Virus record (IMG/VR): IMGVR_UViG_3300038549_000020
Span: 1-62,819 of that record
Length of the DNA stretch: 62,819 bases
DNA from: a virus
Lineage: Duplodnaviria > Caudoviricetes
Reading direction: 5' to 3' (one strand)
This document shows, piece by piece, positions 52,413-62,732 of this stretch. Made by a program: the position numbers and the translations under genes. The notes below the pieces were generated by a model. That model worked only from the letters and a program-made list of their open reading frames with translations, made no database searches and had not been told where the DNA came from. The first letter of the stretch is position 1; every line of letters begins with the position of its first letter.

Positions 52413-53290
52413 TACGCCTCACCCTTGAGTTCGGCGAGGACATCCGCCGCGCGCTGCGCCAGCTGGGCGACAATCGCCGTGGCGATCTCCTCGGCGGTCG
52501 GCATTGCCACCCTGGCTGGATCAGACGCGGTCGTCACCGGTGATGTCGCCAGGGCTGCCAGTCCGGCGCGCAGCTCGCCGAGTGCCGACAGCACCTCGGC
52601 GGCCCGTCCCTGCTCGGCGACCACGGCGGCATCAACCGTGTTGGCCAGTACCCGCACATTGGCGTAGGCCCGCTCCAGGAGATCCCCGGCTGGCATGGTC
52701 TCGGTCAGGTCCGGCAGGGCCTCACGATGCTGCGGGGGGATCTCGATCTCGGTATCCCACGACATGTCGTCCTCCTTGGTTGTGCCCACGAGTGCGGCGA
52801 GGATCGCGCGCATCGCGTCCATGTCCTCCACGTAGCGGCGGCGTATCTCCAGGTGGATGTGCCACTTGTGGTCGTCGGTGGCGGTGGACACCTTGCCGCT
52901 GACCATGTCGTAGCGGCCGGCTGAGCCCTGCCCGTCCCATCCGCACCAGGCGTTGATGTACTTCGCCGCAGGGTTGGTTGCGCGGTTGCGCCACACCACC
53001 CGAAGCCGCTCGTGGGTGGCGGCCAGATCGGCGGTGCGGGCATAGGTCATGTCGACGGCGGCCGCCGCGTCGGACGGTCCGCAGCCGGCCCGGTCATCGG
53101 CGCGGATGGTCGAGTAGTTGCCGGCGGGGTTGTCCTGACGGCTGATGTGATAGCCGCCGCTGGCACGGTGGCGGGCGTCGCCGACGATGCCGGCCTGGGT
53201 GGCTGCGTCGTCCCTACGGGTCGCGGAGTCGATGACGGCTTCCCACTGGCGCGACAGCCAGGTGAGCGCGTCGGTCGCTCTGGTGGTCAT
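52412..53290 (-). CDS. Putative endolysin (Zn-peptidase, M15/LAS-like)
   Basis: GYH.S...AAVDM...HKWHIHLE; located in the lysis cassette. Confidence 0.7.
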   Translation of the reverse strand: MTTRATDALTWLSRQWEAVIDSATRRDDAATQAGIVGDARHRASGGYHISRQDNPAGNYSTIRADDRAGCGPSDAAAAVDMTYARTADLAATHERLRVVWRNRATNPAAKYINAWCGWDGQGSAGRYDMVSGKVSTATDDHKWHIHLEIRRRYVEDMDAMRAILAALVGTTKEDDMSWDTEIEIPPQHREALPDLTETMPAGDLLERAYANVRVLANTVDAAVVAEQGRAAEVLSALGELRAGLAALATSPVTTASDPARVAMPTAEEIATAIVAQLAQRAADVLAELKGEA

Positions 53291-53300
53291 GCGTCCCCTC

Positions 53301-53819
53301 TCAGCTCGGGCACCACTGGGCGGTGATCCACGAGCCATTTTTGACGGTCGTCGATCCGCTATTGGCGTTCTGTCCCCACTGGAAGGTGAGGTCTCCGGCT
53401 GTGGCGCCCATGCTCACCCGGACCGCGACGTTGAGCGCCATGGTGGTGGTGGTGACGCCGTAGGCCCTGGCCGTGCTCGGAGGGGCGCCCTCGTTCCAGC
53501 CGTCGTAGTAGAACTCTGTGTCACCATCGGACATCGCGCCGGTGAGGTCCGATGTGGTGGGACCCCAGATCTTGTAGCAGATCACCGCGTCGTCGGGGTA
53601 GTCCCAGTCGTACTTGATGTCGCCACCGTCGCCGGATGCGACCACCGAGAGTAGTCCGTGGACGTCGTACACCCGGTTGGCCTTGAGGGCGACGAGGAGA
53701 TCCGGATCGTCGCTGATCGCGGTTCCCGACCGGGTGGTGTCGTCGGCCTTGTAGGCGTGGATCGGCGCCCTGTCGTTGATGTCCGACGCGTAGATGATCT
53801 GTCCTGCGTAGACGGTCAT
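53301..53819 (-). CDS. Minor tail/receptor-binding protein
   Basis: AGQIIYAS.IN N-terminal anchor; FQWGQ...TVKNGSWI. Confidence 0.65.
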   Translation of the reverse strand: MTVYAGQIIYASDINDRAPIHAYKADDTTRSGTAISDDPDLLVALKANRVYDVHGLLSVVASGDGGDIKYDWDYPDDAVICYKIWGPTTSDLTGAMSDGDTEFYYDGWNEGAPPSTARAYGVTTTTMALNVAVRVSMGATAGDLTFQWGQNANSGSTTVKNGSWITAQWCPS

Positions 53820-53827
53820 GGCACCCC

Positions 53828-56038
53828 CTATCTCGCGTATCTGGCCTGGTGGAACAGTTGGATGGGTGCGCCTGCCGCATGCGCCTTGACCACGCCGTTG
53901 ACCGAACGGGTCACCGTGAACGTCTGTGGCGAGGTCGTGTCGGCGACGTCCGTCACGGTCATGCGCTCCCCGCCGATGATGATGTCGAAGGGCAGGCTCG
54001 CGGCGTCGTCGGTCGCCAGAACCCACCTCGGCCCGGTGAACGTCACGGACAATGACACATCCGCTGAGGTGATCGCGGTGGTCAGAGTCGACCCGTCGGA
54101 CTCATAGCGACCCAACGCCGACGAGTCGTACACCCCGACGTGCGTCCACGCCCCGGCCGGCGTCGCGTTATACGAGATCGTCCAGGTGTACGCGCCGATC
54201 CGCTCCGTATACCCCTGGATCATGAGGCCGGTGTCGTCGGGTGGCATCCACGACGGCGGATTGGTGAGGGTGACCACCGAGCCAATGTCCAGGGCGATCG
54301 CGGCGGCGGTGGCGACCGGATCGGCGCGCCACACCGATCGGTGCAGGCCGATCTCCGCGCGGGGGTAGCGCGTGGCGTCCCAGGTGCCCAGATGTCGCAG
54401 CCACCCGGTGACGTCGGGCAGCTGGCTGTCGTCGTCCAGGTACAGCCTCGGGGTGCTGTCGTACACCCCGACCCCGTCCGGATCGGTACGGGGATCGTTG
54501 ATGTTGAGTGGCCCCGATGTCTGGGTGGACCGCCACGATCCGCCGTCGATGCGGGTGACCGTGATGTCGTTGGCGATCGCGTCGTCGTCGTCCTCGGGCT
54601 CCAGCCGGCCGGAGAGCGCGTTGGCTGAATAGTCCCAGGTCGGACCTGTCGTGTTGTACATGCTGTCTCGGGTGCGGTAGGCCAGGCCCAGGCCTAGGCG
54701 CGGCTCGTAGAGGATCCCGCCGTCGGTGTCGGCGCAGTCGTCCATCAGGTCGATGAGGGTGCTCTCCTCCTGGCGACCCATGGCGGCGGTCGCGCTGGCC
54801 GCACCGTCGAGCTGGAGATGCACCCCATCCTCGGCACACAGTCGGATCATCCGGGCGGCGGCCAGCTCGCCCCAGTAACCCCCCATGGCCTCGTAGGTGC
54901 TGGTGGCGACCGTGTCGGCATAGACGGCGATGTGTCCACACGAGGCGGATTTCATCGACGTGTCGGGCACGTTCTGGACGGAGATCTGGACGACCGAGCC
55001 GGGCACGAAGGCATCGGTGTCGGTTCCTCCGGAAACGTCGTCCAGGAGCACCTCCATGGTCGCGTTCGCCCCGACTTGGTCCAGGGTGACGCGCAGGTGG
55101 TGCCACTCGCCGTCCAGGGGCTCCTCGCCGGAGATCACCACGGATACCGAGCCTCCGCCCGAGTCGGCCTCGGTACCGGTCACGGTGATCGTGTCGGTGA
55201 CCCCGTCCTCGAAGTCGATGACGAGCGTCCAGGTCGCCCATTCCGTCGTCCACTTGATGGGTGCGTACTGGGCGACGGCGATGTCGGTGGTGTCGCCCAG
55301 GAAGATCAAATCCAGGGTCCAGCTATCTCCTGTGGACCCCGACAGGAAAGCTGTCATGACAGGCTCGATCGCCGTGACGGCGTACACAAACTCCGGCAGG
55401 GTCGACCGCGCGCCATCCGGACCGGTGATCTTCGAGAATGCGAAGCTCCCGTACGCGGTCACCCCAGGCTGCCCGGACACCACCGATCCACCGACGCTGG
55501 TGGATGTCCCATCATCCAGCGGCCAGTAGGCCACCGGACTACGGGCGACGATGGAGCGCTCCAGGGCCGAGCGCTTGCCCCGCTGACCCTGGCCGAGACG
55601 GCGCTTGATCCCTGCGGCCTCCAGGGGCACGTAGACATCACTGCCACTGGTGTCCCAACGCTGCGGCCAGCTGGACACCTCCCCCTCGAATCGCTGGTCA
55701 GACCCGATGGTCACCCTGATCGGGGTGTTGCGGCCAATCAGCCCGTAGTAGGGGCTCGACGGGTTGCGCGGCGACATGTAGCCGTCGCGGTTGTCGAGGG
55801 TGAGCGCGAGGGTGCTCGGGCCGAGAGTGGACTGCCCATTGCTGCGTCCCCGGGTGATGGTGATCCCGTCGGACTCCCGAACCCTGCTGGTGACGTCCAC
55901 CCACCCACCGTCGACGAAGATCTCGACCCTGTGGTTGATGTGGCCGTCCGCATCGAAGGCGGACACGCCGGATCCGCCGAGGAGGGTTGGCCTGCCAGCC
56001 AGCTCCCACCCGGCCCACAGGGGGGCGAGTGACCTCAT
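53828..56038 (-). CDS. Minor tail hub protein with LamG-like insertion
   Basis: ITRGR...LTLDNRDG.MSP.NP.SPYYG, PVAYWPLDDG. Confidence 0.75.
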   Translation of the reverse strand: MRSLAPLWAGWELAGRPTLLGGSGVSAFDADGHINHRVEIFVDGGWVDVTSRVRESDGITITRGRSNGQSTLGPSTLALTLDNRDGYMSPRNPSSPYYGLIGRNTPIRVTIGSDQRFEGEVSSWPQRWDTSGSDVYVPLEAAGIKRRLGQGQRGKRSALERSIVARSPVAYWPLDDGTSTSVGGSVVSGQPGVTAYGSFAFSKITGPDGARSTLPEFVYAVTAIEPVMTAFLSGSTGDSWTLDLIFLGDTTDIAVAQYAPIKWTTEWATWTLVIDFEDGVTDTITVTGTEADSGGGSVSVVISGEEPLDGEWHHLRVTLDQVGANATMEVLLDDVSGGTDTDAFVPGSVVQISVQNVPDTSMKSASCGHIAVYADTVATSTYEAMGGYWGELAAARMIRLCAEDGVHLQLDGAASATAAMGRQEESTLIDLMDDCADTDGGILYEPRLGLGLAYRTRDSMYNTTGPTWDYSANALSGRLEPEDDDDAIANDITVTRIDGGSWRSTQTSGPLNINDPRTDPDGVGVYDSTPRLYLDDDSQLPDVTGWLRHLGTWDATRYPRAEIGLHRSVWRADPVATAAAIALDIGSVVTLTNPPSWMPPDDTGLMIQGYTERIGAYTWTISYNATPAGAWTHVGVYDSSALGRYESDGSTLTTAITSADVSLSVTFTGPRWVLATDDAASLPFDIIIGGERMTVTDVADTTSPQTFTVTRSVNGVVKAHAAGAPIQLFHQARYAR

Positions 56039-56547
56039 CACTCAGCCCAGCGGATCCAACACCGCATGTCCACCCCGGACGTCGGAGTGGTCGCCCGGAC
56101 GCGGACGAACTTGCTAACCGGAATGATCGGCCGCGAGTCGGGCATCCACTGATAGGAGTAGTGCGAGGGTGATTCGCTGGTGGTCATCGACAGCGCCACC
56201 ACATCGAAGACCCGTGTCGCCGTGGTGTTGTCCTCGGCGGAGGAGGTGTAGCCGGTGGCCTCCGTGCCCAGGGTGAGCAGAGACGCGGGTGCGCCAGGGT
56301 CGGTGGGCTGCACCCCTGCGGCCACATGCGCGGTGACGGTGGCGGCCACATCGGTTTGCAGCAGCTCCACCACACCATCGGCACCTGGGATGTCGTCGAC
56401 GGTGAATCCCCATGCGATCAGGGTGATCTGCCTGGTCGACGGGGTCGCCAGCTGCAACATGGTCTTGATCGATGTCCCGGTGGTGACGGCGGCCTGGGCT
56501 GCCGTGGTCGGCATCGGTCCGTTCCAGGCCGTATAGATGTGCGGCAC
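56038..56547 (-). CDS. Minor virion protein
   Basis: Beta-rich; in the tail operon. Confidence 0.6.
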   Translation of the reverse strand: MPHIYTAWNGPMPTTAAQAAVTTGTSIKTMLQLATPSTRQITLIAWGFTVDDIPGADGVVELLQTDVAATVTAHVAAGVQPTDPGAPASLLTLGTEATGYTSSAEDNTTATRVFDVVALSMTTSESPSHYSYQWMPDSRPIIPVSKFVRVRATTPTSGVDMRCWIRWAE

Positions 56548-56555
56548 TATGCCCC

Positions 56556-58673
56556 CTACACCTTGATGTTGAGCAGGTCGGGTGACCCGCCCCGTTTCTT
56601 GATCGCGATGGCCAGGATGTTGAGTAGCAGGTCACCCAGTTGCGAGCCGTCCGAACCAATGACCAGCGTGGATCCGCCACCGCCTCCGCCGCCCCCGGAC
56701 GCGACCGAGCCGCCACCTCCACCACCGCCCATCATCTGTTTGGTCTCCTGCGCGGTGGACACCCAGCGTGGCTTGGTCTCCCAGATCAGCTCGGGGCCCT
56801 CCTCGCCGACGAGGACCGGACCGGGCTTGGTCCAACCACCCTCGGCGTTGTGTGTGTAGCCGGATCCATAGAGGGCCTGCTCCCGCGCGTCCTGCCCCTG
56901 ATAACGCACGTAGTGCCACTCATTGATCACGTAATTCATCGTCTTCGTGCCAGTGGGCAGACCGAGGATTCTGTTGATCAAGGCCTGGACCTGCTCGCGG
57001 TCATATCCCATGGCGGCGGCCTGGTCGAGGATCGCCGCGATGACAGCGTTCTGCGCTGCGGCGGCCCGATATGACGCCCCGGCAAGATCCCCTTGGGCGA
57101 CAGCCGCCGCATACTCGGCCTCACCAGCTGCGACGGCGGCCCCGACAAGATCCTGAAACATGCCAATGTTGTCGCGACCCTTGGCTGTCGAGTCGTCCAG
57201 ACTCCTGCCGTGCTCACGGGTCGACTCCGCAAGATTGTCGATGCCCTCCTCGAAGGCGAGATGCGCCTCAAAGGCGGAAGCGAACGAATCCTGGAGATCT
57301 TTCGTGGCGTCGGCGGCTTCCTTCTCCGCGTCCGCCAGGGCCTTCGCCGATTCGGCGGCCACACTCAAACCGGCTGATGCGATGGCCGTGGAGTCGCCCA
57401 AGCTGCGGAAATGCTCATCGCTGTCGACGAATCCCGTGGTGAGCATGTCCCACGCATCCATCAGGGGGCTGATGGCCTGCCCGAGCGGTCCCAGCAACGT
57501 GTCGGCGAGCCGACCCCCCGACATCTCATTGAGATCACTCAATCCGCTGTACAGCTTGGACAGGACCTCGATCGTCTCGCCCAAACCGTCGACCACATCG
57601 GCGGTTCCGTCGACCAGGTCGCCAAAGAACTTCGCGGCCCCGGGGCCAGCGGACGCGATCGAGTCGGAGAAGTCCCCGATCGCCTCCCCGAGCTGGGGAA
57701 GGTCACCCGCCACCGACTCGATGAACGGTGCCGATGCGGCGAACATCTGTCGAAGCCCAGGACCCGCCTCCCGCACCATGCCGATCAGCCCCTTGGCCAG
57801 GGGATCCACGGCCTTGGCCAGGGGAGCGAACATGCCGGAAAGATCCAGCTGGCCGATCTCACCACGCAACTCGTCCAGGGCTGTGACCACGGGTTTCTTG
57901 AATGCCGACCCGATCGAGATCAACTCCTCGCTCAGGGTGGCGCTGAACACCCCGGCGGCCTGCTTGACCTCTGGCGACTGGGCCGCCCCCGCGATGCCGG
58001 CGGCCAGACCTCCCGCTCCGGCGGCACCCAGCAGGCCGGCGGAGATGGCGGCGCCGACAGCGGGAGCCATGACTACCCCGATGGCGGCCCCGGCGGCGAC
58101 GACATACGGAGACCGGGCGGCACCGGCGATACCGTCAACCATCTGCCTGCCGAGGCTTTCCCCGGCCTCTCTGCCCGTGTTGGCGATCGTCTTCTTCAGC
58201 TTGGTTAGTTGGCTGATGACGGCCTGATCGGACTTGATGTTCGGCAGCAGATCGCGGTCACCGGTCCGGTCGAGCTGCTTGATCATCTCAAGGTGGCGCG
58301 CTTTGACCTTCTCCAGGGCCGCAGTGAGCCGATCGGAGTCCTTGCCGGCGGCCGACAGCTCATCGCCGAGTGCCTGTACAGCGGGGGCCGCTTTGCGGGC
58401 CGTGGCGGCAACACCCTCGACCCCTTCGGCCGCGGGCTTGACCTTCTTGCCCGCCGCACCCAGTTTGCCCAACTGTTCGGTCAGGCCCTCTGTGGCGTCG
58501 TCGGCCTTGCGTGCCGTCTCGGCCGCGGTCGAAAAGGCCAGGGCAAGGTTCGCGGTCGCCTTGGTCGCCTGCCGGTTGATCGCACCGAGGGAACGCTGGA
58601 TCGACGCGGCGGTCTTCCCGAAGTCGTTGTCGCCCTTGACGTGGATCTGGATGTCATTGGCCACCGTCGTCAC
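56556..58673 (-). CDS. Tape measure protein
   Basis: Long Ala/Gly helical ORF after the chaperones; C-terminal AEGG....VLVGEEGPEL. Confidence 0.85.
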   Translation of the reverse strand: MTTVANDIQIHVKGDNDFGKTAASIQRSLGAINRQATKATANLALAFSTAAETARKADDATEGLTEQLGKLGAAGKKVKPAAEGVEGVAATARKAAPAVQALGDELSAAGKDSDRLTAALEKVKARHLEMIKQLDRTGDRDLLPNIKSDQAVISQLTKLKKTIANTGREAGESLGRQMVDGIAGAARSPYVVAAGAAIGVVMAPAVGAAISAGLLGAAGAGGLAAGIAGAAQSPEVKQAAGVFSATLSEELISIGSAFKKPVVTALDELRGEIGQLDLSGMFAPLAKAVDPLAKGLIGMVREAGPGLRQMFAASAPFIESVAGDLPQLGEAIGDFSDSIASAGPGAAKFFGDLVDGTADVVDGLGETIEVLSKLYSGLSDLNEMSGGRLADTLLGPLGQAISPLMDAWDMLTTGFVDSDEHFRSLGDSTAIASAGLSVAAESAKALADAEKEAADATKDLQDSFASAFEAHLAFEEGIDNLAESTREHGRSLDDSTAKGRDNIGMFQDLVGAAVAAGEAEYAAAVAQGDLAGASYRAAAAQNAVIAAILDQAAAMGYDREQVQALINRILGLPTGTKTMNYVINEWHYVRYQGQDAREQALYGSGYTHNAEGGWTKPGPVLVGEEGPELIWETKPRWVSTAQETKQMMGGGGGGGSVASGGGGGGGGSTLVIGSDGSQLGDLLLNILAIAIKKRGGSPDLLNIKV

Positions 58674-58881
58674 CTCCCTCAGTGGACAAGCGTTCGATCA
58701 TGAGCAGGCGGAGTAGGTCGGCGTCCTCGGCCAGCAGGGCGGATGGCAGGCAGCCGAACCGCTGGCACAGGGACAGGATCATGCGGGCGTGGGTGAGCTC
58801 TCCTGGCTCGGTGGCAGCATGTCCATCGGCATCGATTCCTCCAGGGACGGATCTCCACCGCTGGAGGCTGGCGACAAAGGG
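58654..58881 (-). CDS. Tail assembly chaperone -1 frameshift extension
   Basis: In-frame slippery heptamer C CCT TTG at 58881-58875; the -1 frame reads ...LCQRFGCLPSALLAED. Confidence 0.65.
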   Translation of the reverse strand, partial: PFVASLQRWRSVPGGIDADGHAATEPGELTHARMILSLCQRFGCLPSALLAEDADLLRLLMIERLSTEGGDDGGQ

Positions 58882-59228
58882 GCCTTGACACTCGCGATCG
58901 CCGAGGTGATGCCGGCGGCGATCGCCCACAGCAGGGCGGGATCACAGCCAGGACCCATCAGACCATCCCTGGTCAGGGGTACCGGCTGCTCGGTGACCGG
59001 ATCCTCCAGGTTCCAGTCGACCAGCAGGCCAGGTTTCTCATCCGGGTCGTCCGGATCGGGGGCCATCATCGCAACCAGGTCGGCGAGGCCGGTGGAGTCG
59101 CCCCGCTCCCGGGCGGCGGTCATCTCAATGACCATGCCCACCGTGGCGCGGCGGGCACGCACCCGCAGACCCTCCAGCTCCGGGTCGTCGAACACGAGTT
59201 CGAGGAGGGGTCGGCGGTACCCGGTCAC
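58779..59228 (-). CDS. Tail assembly chaperone
   Basis: LVDWNLED...PVP; between the tail tube and TMP genes. Confidence 0.7.
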   Translation of the reverse strand: MTGYRRPLLELVFDDPELEGLRVRARRATVGMVIEMTAARERGDSTGLADLVAMMAPDPDDPDEKPGLLVDWNLEDPVTEQPVPLTRDGLMGPGCDPALLWAIAAGITSAIASVKAPLSPASSGGDPSLEESMPMDMLPPSQESSPTPA

Positions 59229-59650
59229 GGAGTATCCCAGGTGGGAATCGTGCCGCTGGCCAGACTGCCCGGCACCGTCCAGGTCAGCTCACCGGAGGCC
59301 GCCCTGGTCAGGGCGTAATCGGTGAGCACAACCGTGCACACCGGGGTGGTGCCCAGACGCTGGCCGGAGACGGTCAGGGTGAACTCTCGGGCGACCGATG
59401 TGGACGGAACGGTCTTGAACACGTCGTGGCTGTAGTTGGCCGCGTCGTTGAACACCCCGTTCCAGGTCGCCGTGAAATCCGCCAGCAGCAACAGCCGCTC
59501 ATAGGCCGAGCTGTCGAGGCCGGTGGTGTCCTGCACGCCCCTCGGAGTCGCGAACTCGAAGTTCGTGATGTCATTGAGGATCGCCCTCAGGGTTCCGCCA
59601 CTGTCGTCGATGGACATCGCCGTCCAGGCGAGACCACTCTCTTTCGCCAC
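59225..59650 (-). CDS. Major tail tube protein
   Basis: QDTTGLD..AYERL..LAD, LTWTVPGSLASG.IPTW. Confidence 0.75.
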   Translation of the reverse strand: MAKESGLAWTAMSIDDSGGTLRAILNDITNFEFATPRGVQDTTGLDSSAYERLLLLADFTATWNGVFNDAANYSHDVFKTVPSTSVAREFTLTVSGQRLGTTPVCTVVLTDYALTRAASGELTWTVPGSLASGTIPTWDTP

Positions 59651-59656
59651 GATCGA

Positions 59657-60103
59657 TCACCCTCTCTGAAATCTCGTGGCCAGGCTGTCCTGGTGGAGAG
59701 CGAAGTCCTCCACCCAGTGCTCCGGCCGTTGATGCACCCGCCGCTGTCCGATCAGGCCGCGCCAGTCCCCACCCCGCACCACACACAGCGGATCCCTCTC
59801 CAGGGGTGTGAAGTGCGGCTTGAAGCAGCGCTGACCAGGGGAAAAGGTGAACACGGTCAGCCCGGAGGGGTCCGGGCGCTCCCTGAACGCCCGGCCGGCG
59901 CGGGTACGGATGTAGCCGGCCCTCCTGGCGCCGTCCTCGGTGCGCTCATCCAGGGCGGTAACCCATCCGTTGCGCCAGCGTTCGCACTCCACCTCAGCGC
60001 AGCTCGCGCGACGGTGATGCGTGGAGATAGGTGCGCTGAGCTGGTACGTCTTGTACGCCTGCACCGGCATGACGGGTGTGAGGCGGTTGACCGGGCGCGC
60101 CAT
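59657..60103 (-). CDS. Hypothetical tail-operon protein
   Basis: Coupled ORF; CAEVEC...GW. Confidence 0.55.
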   Translation of the reverse strand: MARPVNRLTPVMPVQAYKTYQLSAPISTHHRRASCAEVECERWRNGWVTALDERTEDGARRAGYIRTRAGRAFRERPDPSGLTVFTFSPGQRCFKPHFTPLERDPLCVVRGGDWRGLIGQRRVHQRPEHWVEDFALHQDSLATRFQRG

Positions 60104-60855
60104 CAGAACACCGTCGCCGTCAAGTTGCGGCAGATCGCGACCGCGAACGTCATCGATGTGAATCCGGCGGCGGTGGTCGTCACGACCCGTAGGTACTGCT
60201 CGACGGCCAGGGTCGCGGAGGTGGCGATCCGCTGCACGGTCGGCGCGGCCGTGACCGCTGTGAATGATCCACCGGTCACGTTAGCCCAGGCGTCAGCTCC
60301 CCCGTTGTCGCTGGACTCCTGGATCGTGATCGTCGCATCCGTACCGACGAACGTGAATACCTGGAGGTAGGCCTGTAGTCCGAACGCCGAGGGAGCACTG
60401 TCGTTGATGGATGATCCGTTGGTGGCGCCCGTGTCGGTACGGATCCCTGCCGTGCCGAGCCTGCCCCACTCCAGGCCGTAGTCATTGGAGAGGGCCTGAA
60501 CCGAGAAGCTGAACGATCCGTCAGCACCCCGGCTGCCGTCATAGTTGGGCTGCTTGGCGATCATGCAAGCCGCCGCGTTGCCCAGTGTCGTCCCTCGGCA
60601 GTACATGAGGTGCACATCGGTACGCGGCAGGGTCTTGAGCACCGGATGGGCCTGACCGGCGGCGTCGTTGAACCAGGACGACCACTCGACCGTGCCGTTA
60701 CGCCCCCCGCCTATCCGCTCGGGTGCGTACTTGTCGATGCCGGTGACCTCCAGGGCGGCAGGCCCACCGGAGATGCCGCCCAGGGAGCCGACGTCGCCAC
60801 TGAGGTTGTACCCACCACAGTAGAAGTTGTCCCCGAGGCCGCTCTGCTTGGTCAT
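60103..60855 (-). CDS. Tail-tube-like protein with an extra C-terminal beta domain
   Basis: N-terminus resembles 59225-59650 (KQSGLG, EVTGID...ERI, FNDAA..H.V.KT). Confidence 0.6.
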   Translation of the reverse strand: MTKQSGLGDNFYCGGYNLSGDVGSLGGISGGPAALEVTGIDKYAPERIGGGRNGTVEWSSWFNDAAGQAHPVLKTLPRTDVHLMYCRGTTLGNAAACMIAKQPNYDGSRGADGSFSFSVQALSNDYGLEWGRLGTAGIRTDTGATNGSSINDSAPSAFGLQAYLQVFTFVGTDATITIQESSDNGGADAWANVTGGSFTAVTAAPTVQRIATSATLAVEQYLRVVTTTAAGFTSMTFAVAICRNLTATVF

Positions 60856-61301
60856 GGCGCCTCCGTCCACGCATCGTTGATCAACAGGGGGAGGGTGATC
60901 GTGTACACCCTGTACAGCCGGTTGTCCTGGGACAGGTAGCCATCGACGGCCTCCATCGGCACCCCGTGGATGCCGCGCACATCCACCGTGCGCACCTGGG
61001 CGCCGAGGGTCAGATCACCGGCATAGGCGGCCATGAGCGTGTCGCAGGCCGCCGTCAGGTTTGGATCGATCATGTCCGCTGGCTCTTGCAGCATCGACGA
61101 GTACAGGCGCACGTTCAGCAGGAGTCGCACGCTCGTGGAAGCCAGGCCAGACGAATTGATCGGGGTGATTCGTCCACCCCAGATCGCGCAGGTCAGACCG
61201 TTGCCGGGGGCATTTTTCGGCTCGTGCTTGTTGACCCTTTCGAACAGGCCGAGGGTCATGGCGTGGCTGGCAGCCGCATCGATGATCGCGTTGGTGTCCA
61301 C
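60852..61301 (-). CDS. Tail terminator-like protein
   Basis: Position; DLTLG..V..VD. Confidence 0.6.
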   Translation of the reverse strand: MDTNAIIDAAASHAMTLGLFERVNKHEPKNAPGNGLTCAIWGGRITPINSSGLASTSVRLLLNVRLYSSMLQEPADMIDPNLTAACDTLMAAYAGDLTLGAQVRTVDVRGIHGVPMEAVDGYLSQDNRLYRVYTITLPLLINDAWTEAP

Positions 61302-61302
61302 G

Positions 61303-61689
61303 TCAGCCCTCCAGCCTAAGGAGGTGGTGCGACACAACCGGTTCGACGATCGTCGGCACCATTCCGTCAATCGCCTGTCGGGTCTGTCTCCAGTGCCGGT
61401 AGCCCTTGAATCTGCTGGTGGCGTTGCGGGAGCCGACCCCCTCCAGCCACGGCCCGTAGACGATGCCCGTGTCGTGGACGATGGCGGTCAGGTAGGCGGG
61501 GTGCGCGGTGGTGACCCGCGTCCAGTAGTAGGGCGTCGGGTCGCGGAAATAGATGTGCATGAGGTGCACGGCGTGCTCCTCGGCGACGTCGGCGACCGTG
61601 TCGACCACATCGGCCGCGAGGTCTTCGACGATGCCCTCGGCGCGGCCGTCCAACAGGGGACCGTGGGCGTCCACCGTGATCCGGATCAT
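61303..61689 (-). CDS. HK97 gp10-like neck protein
   Basis: VYGPWLEG.G...FKGY. Confidence 0.6.
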   Translation of the reverse strand: MIRITVDAHGPLLDGRAEGIVEDLAADVVDTVADVAEEHAVHLMHIYFRDPTPYYWTRVTTAHPAYLTAIVHDTGIVYGPWLEGVGSRNATSRFKGYRHWRQTRQAIDGMVPTIVEPVVSHHLLRLEG

Positions 61690-62732
61690 CAGACGGCCCT
61701 CGATCTGGCCTTGCGGCCGTAGGTCGCATACACCTGGTCGCGTTTCTCGCCCAGCTGCCGGCCCCAGTACTCGCGGGCGTTCTCGCCGCTGCCGGCAACC
61801 CGGGCGTAGCCGCTCCCCTCGTTGAGCAGCTGATTCATTGCCGACGCCACCGCGTACCCCTCCACCAGGGGCGGCACGACGTGCCGGGTGATCGCCGCGT
61901 TGATCAGATGGGTCGCGGCGGTGGTCCCCAGGGCTCCCCGCTCCACGGTGAGGGTGCGGGGGGCGTAGATGTCGGCCAGGGCGGCATGGGTGGCCAACAC
62001 GGAGCCGTCCCAGGCCCTCTTGACCGTGAGCACGCTGCCCGCGACGTCGACGACCAGCATCCGCTCGCTGTCGATGAGGATGATCTCGTCTGCGACCGGG
62101 GCCGCCGTGGTGGTCGACATGGTGATGCCGACGTCGGCGTTGGACGCGGTCAGGGAGTCAGCGGCGTGGATATTGACCCCGGTGTCGGCCATCGTCTTGC
62201 CGGTGACGATCATCCGCTCGCTGTCGACCTTGATGATGTCCCCGACTCCGATTGCTGCCGAGTCCGAGCAGCTGACGCTCGTGCCGGTGGTGTCGGCCAG
62301 GGCGGCGGTGATCGTGCCGGCCGCTGAGGTGTTCGCCGAGTGCCCCCAGATGCCGACCAGGACATTGCCACGCTGCGAGGACGACCAGGAAGCCGAGGCG
62401 TCATCGTCGAGATCGATCCACCGATACGGCGGCCCATCCTGCGGATACAGATGGTAGTCGGACGCGCTCAGCGCCGTACCGTCCACAGTGATGCTGGTGG
62501 CACTGATCAGGTCGTGTTTGTCCAGGTAGAGACGGGTACCGCACACGGGGCCGATCTTGTCGTCGAAGTATCTCGTCGCGGTCAACGGGTAGAAGAACCG
62601 GTGACACAGACCCTCGATCTCAGGCGACGCGGAGGCGATCGCCGCGTCGACCTGGGCATTGTTACGCGCGGTCTCAGCCGCATCCAGGGCGCGCTTGACC
62701 CGTTCGCGCGTGGTGTACCAGATCGTGCTCAC
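61689..62732 (-). CDS. Head-tail adaptor with inserted beta modules
   Basis: YTTRERVK...AS.EIE..C.R.FYP..ATRYF. Confidence 0.7.
   Translation of the reverse strand: MSTIWYTTRERVKRALDAAETARNNAQVDAAIASASPEIEGLCHRFFYPLTATRYFDDKIGPVCGTRLYLDKHDLISATSITVDGTALSASDYHLYPQDGPPYRWIDLDDDASASWSSSQRGNVLVGIWGHSANTSAAGTITAALADTTGTSVSCSDSAAIGVGDIIKVDSERMIVTGKTMADTGVNIHAADSLTASNADVGITMSTTTAAPVADEIILIDSERMLVVDVAGSVLTVKRAWDGSVLATHAALADIYAPRTLTVERGALGTTAATHLINAAITRHVVPPLVEGYAVASAMNQLLNEGSGYARVAGSGENAREYWGRQLGEKRDQVYATYGRKARSRAV

Noticed and set aside
58875-58881. Programmed -1 frameshift as a novelty
   Set aside because: Probably real, but a standard feature of tail assembly chaperones; listed under features.
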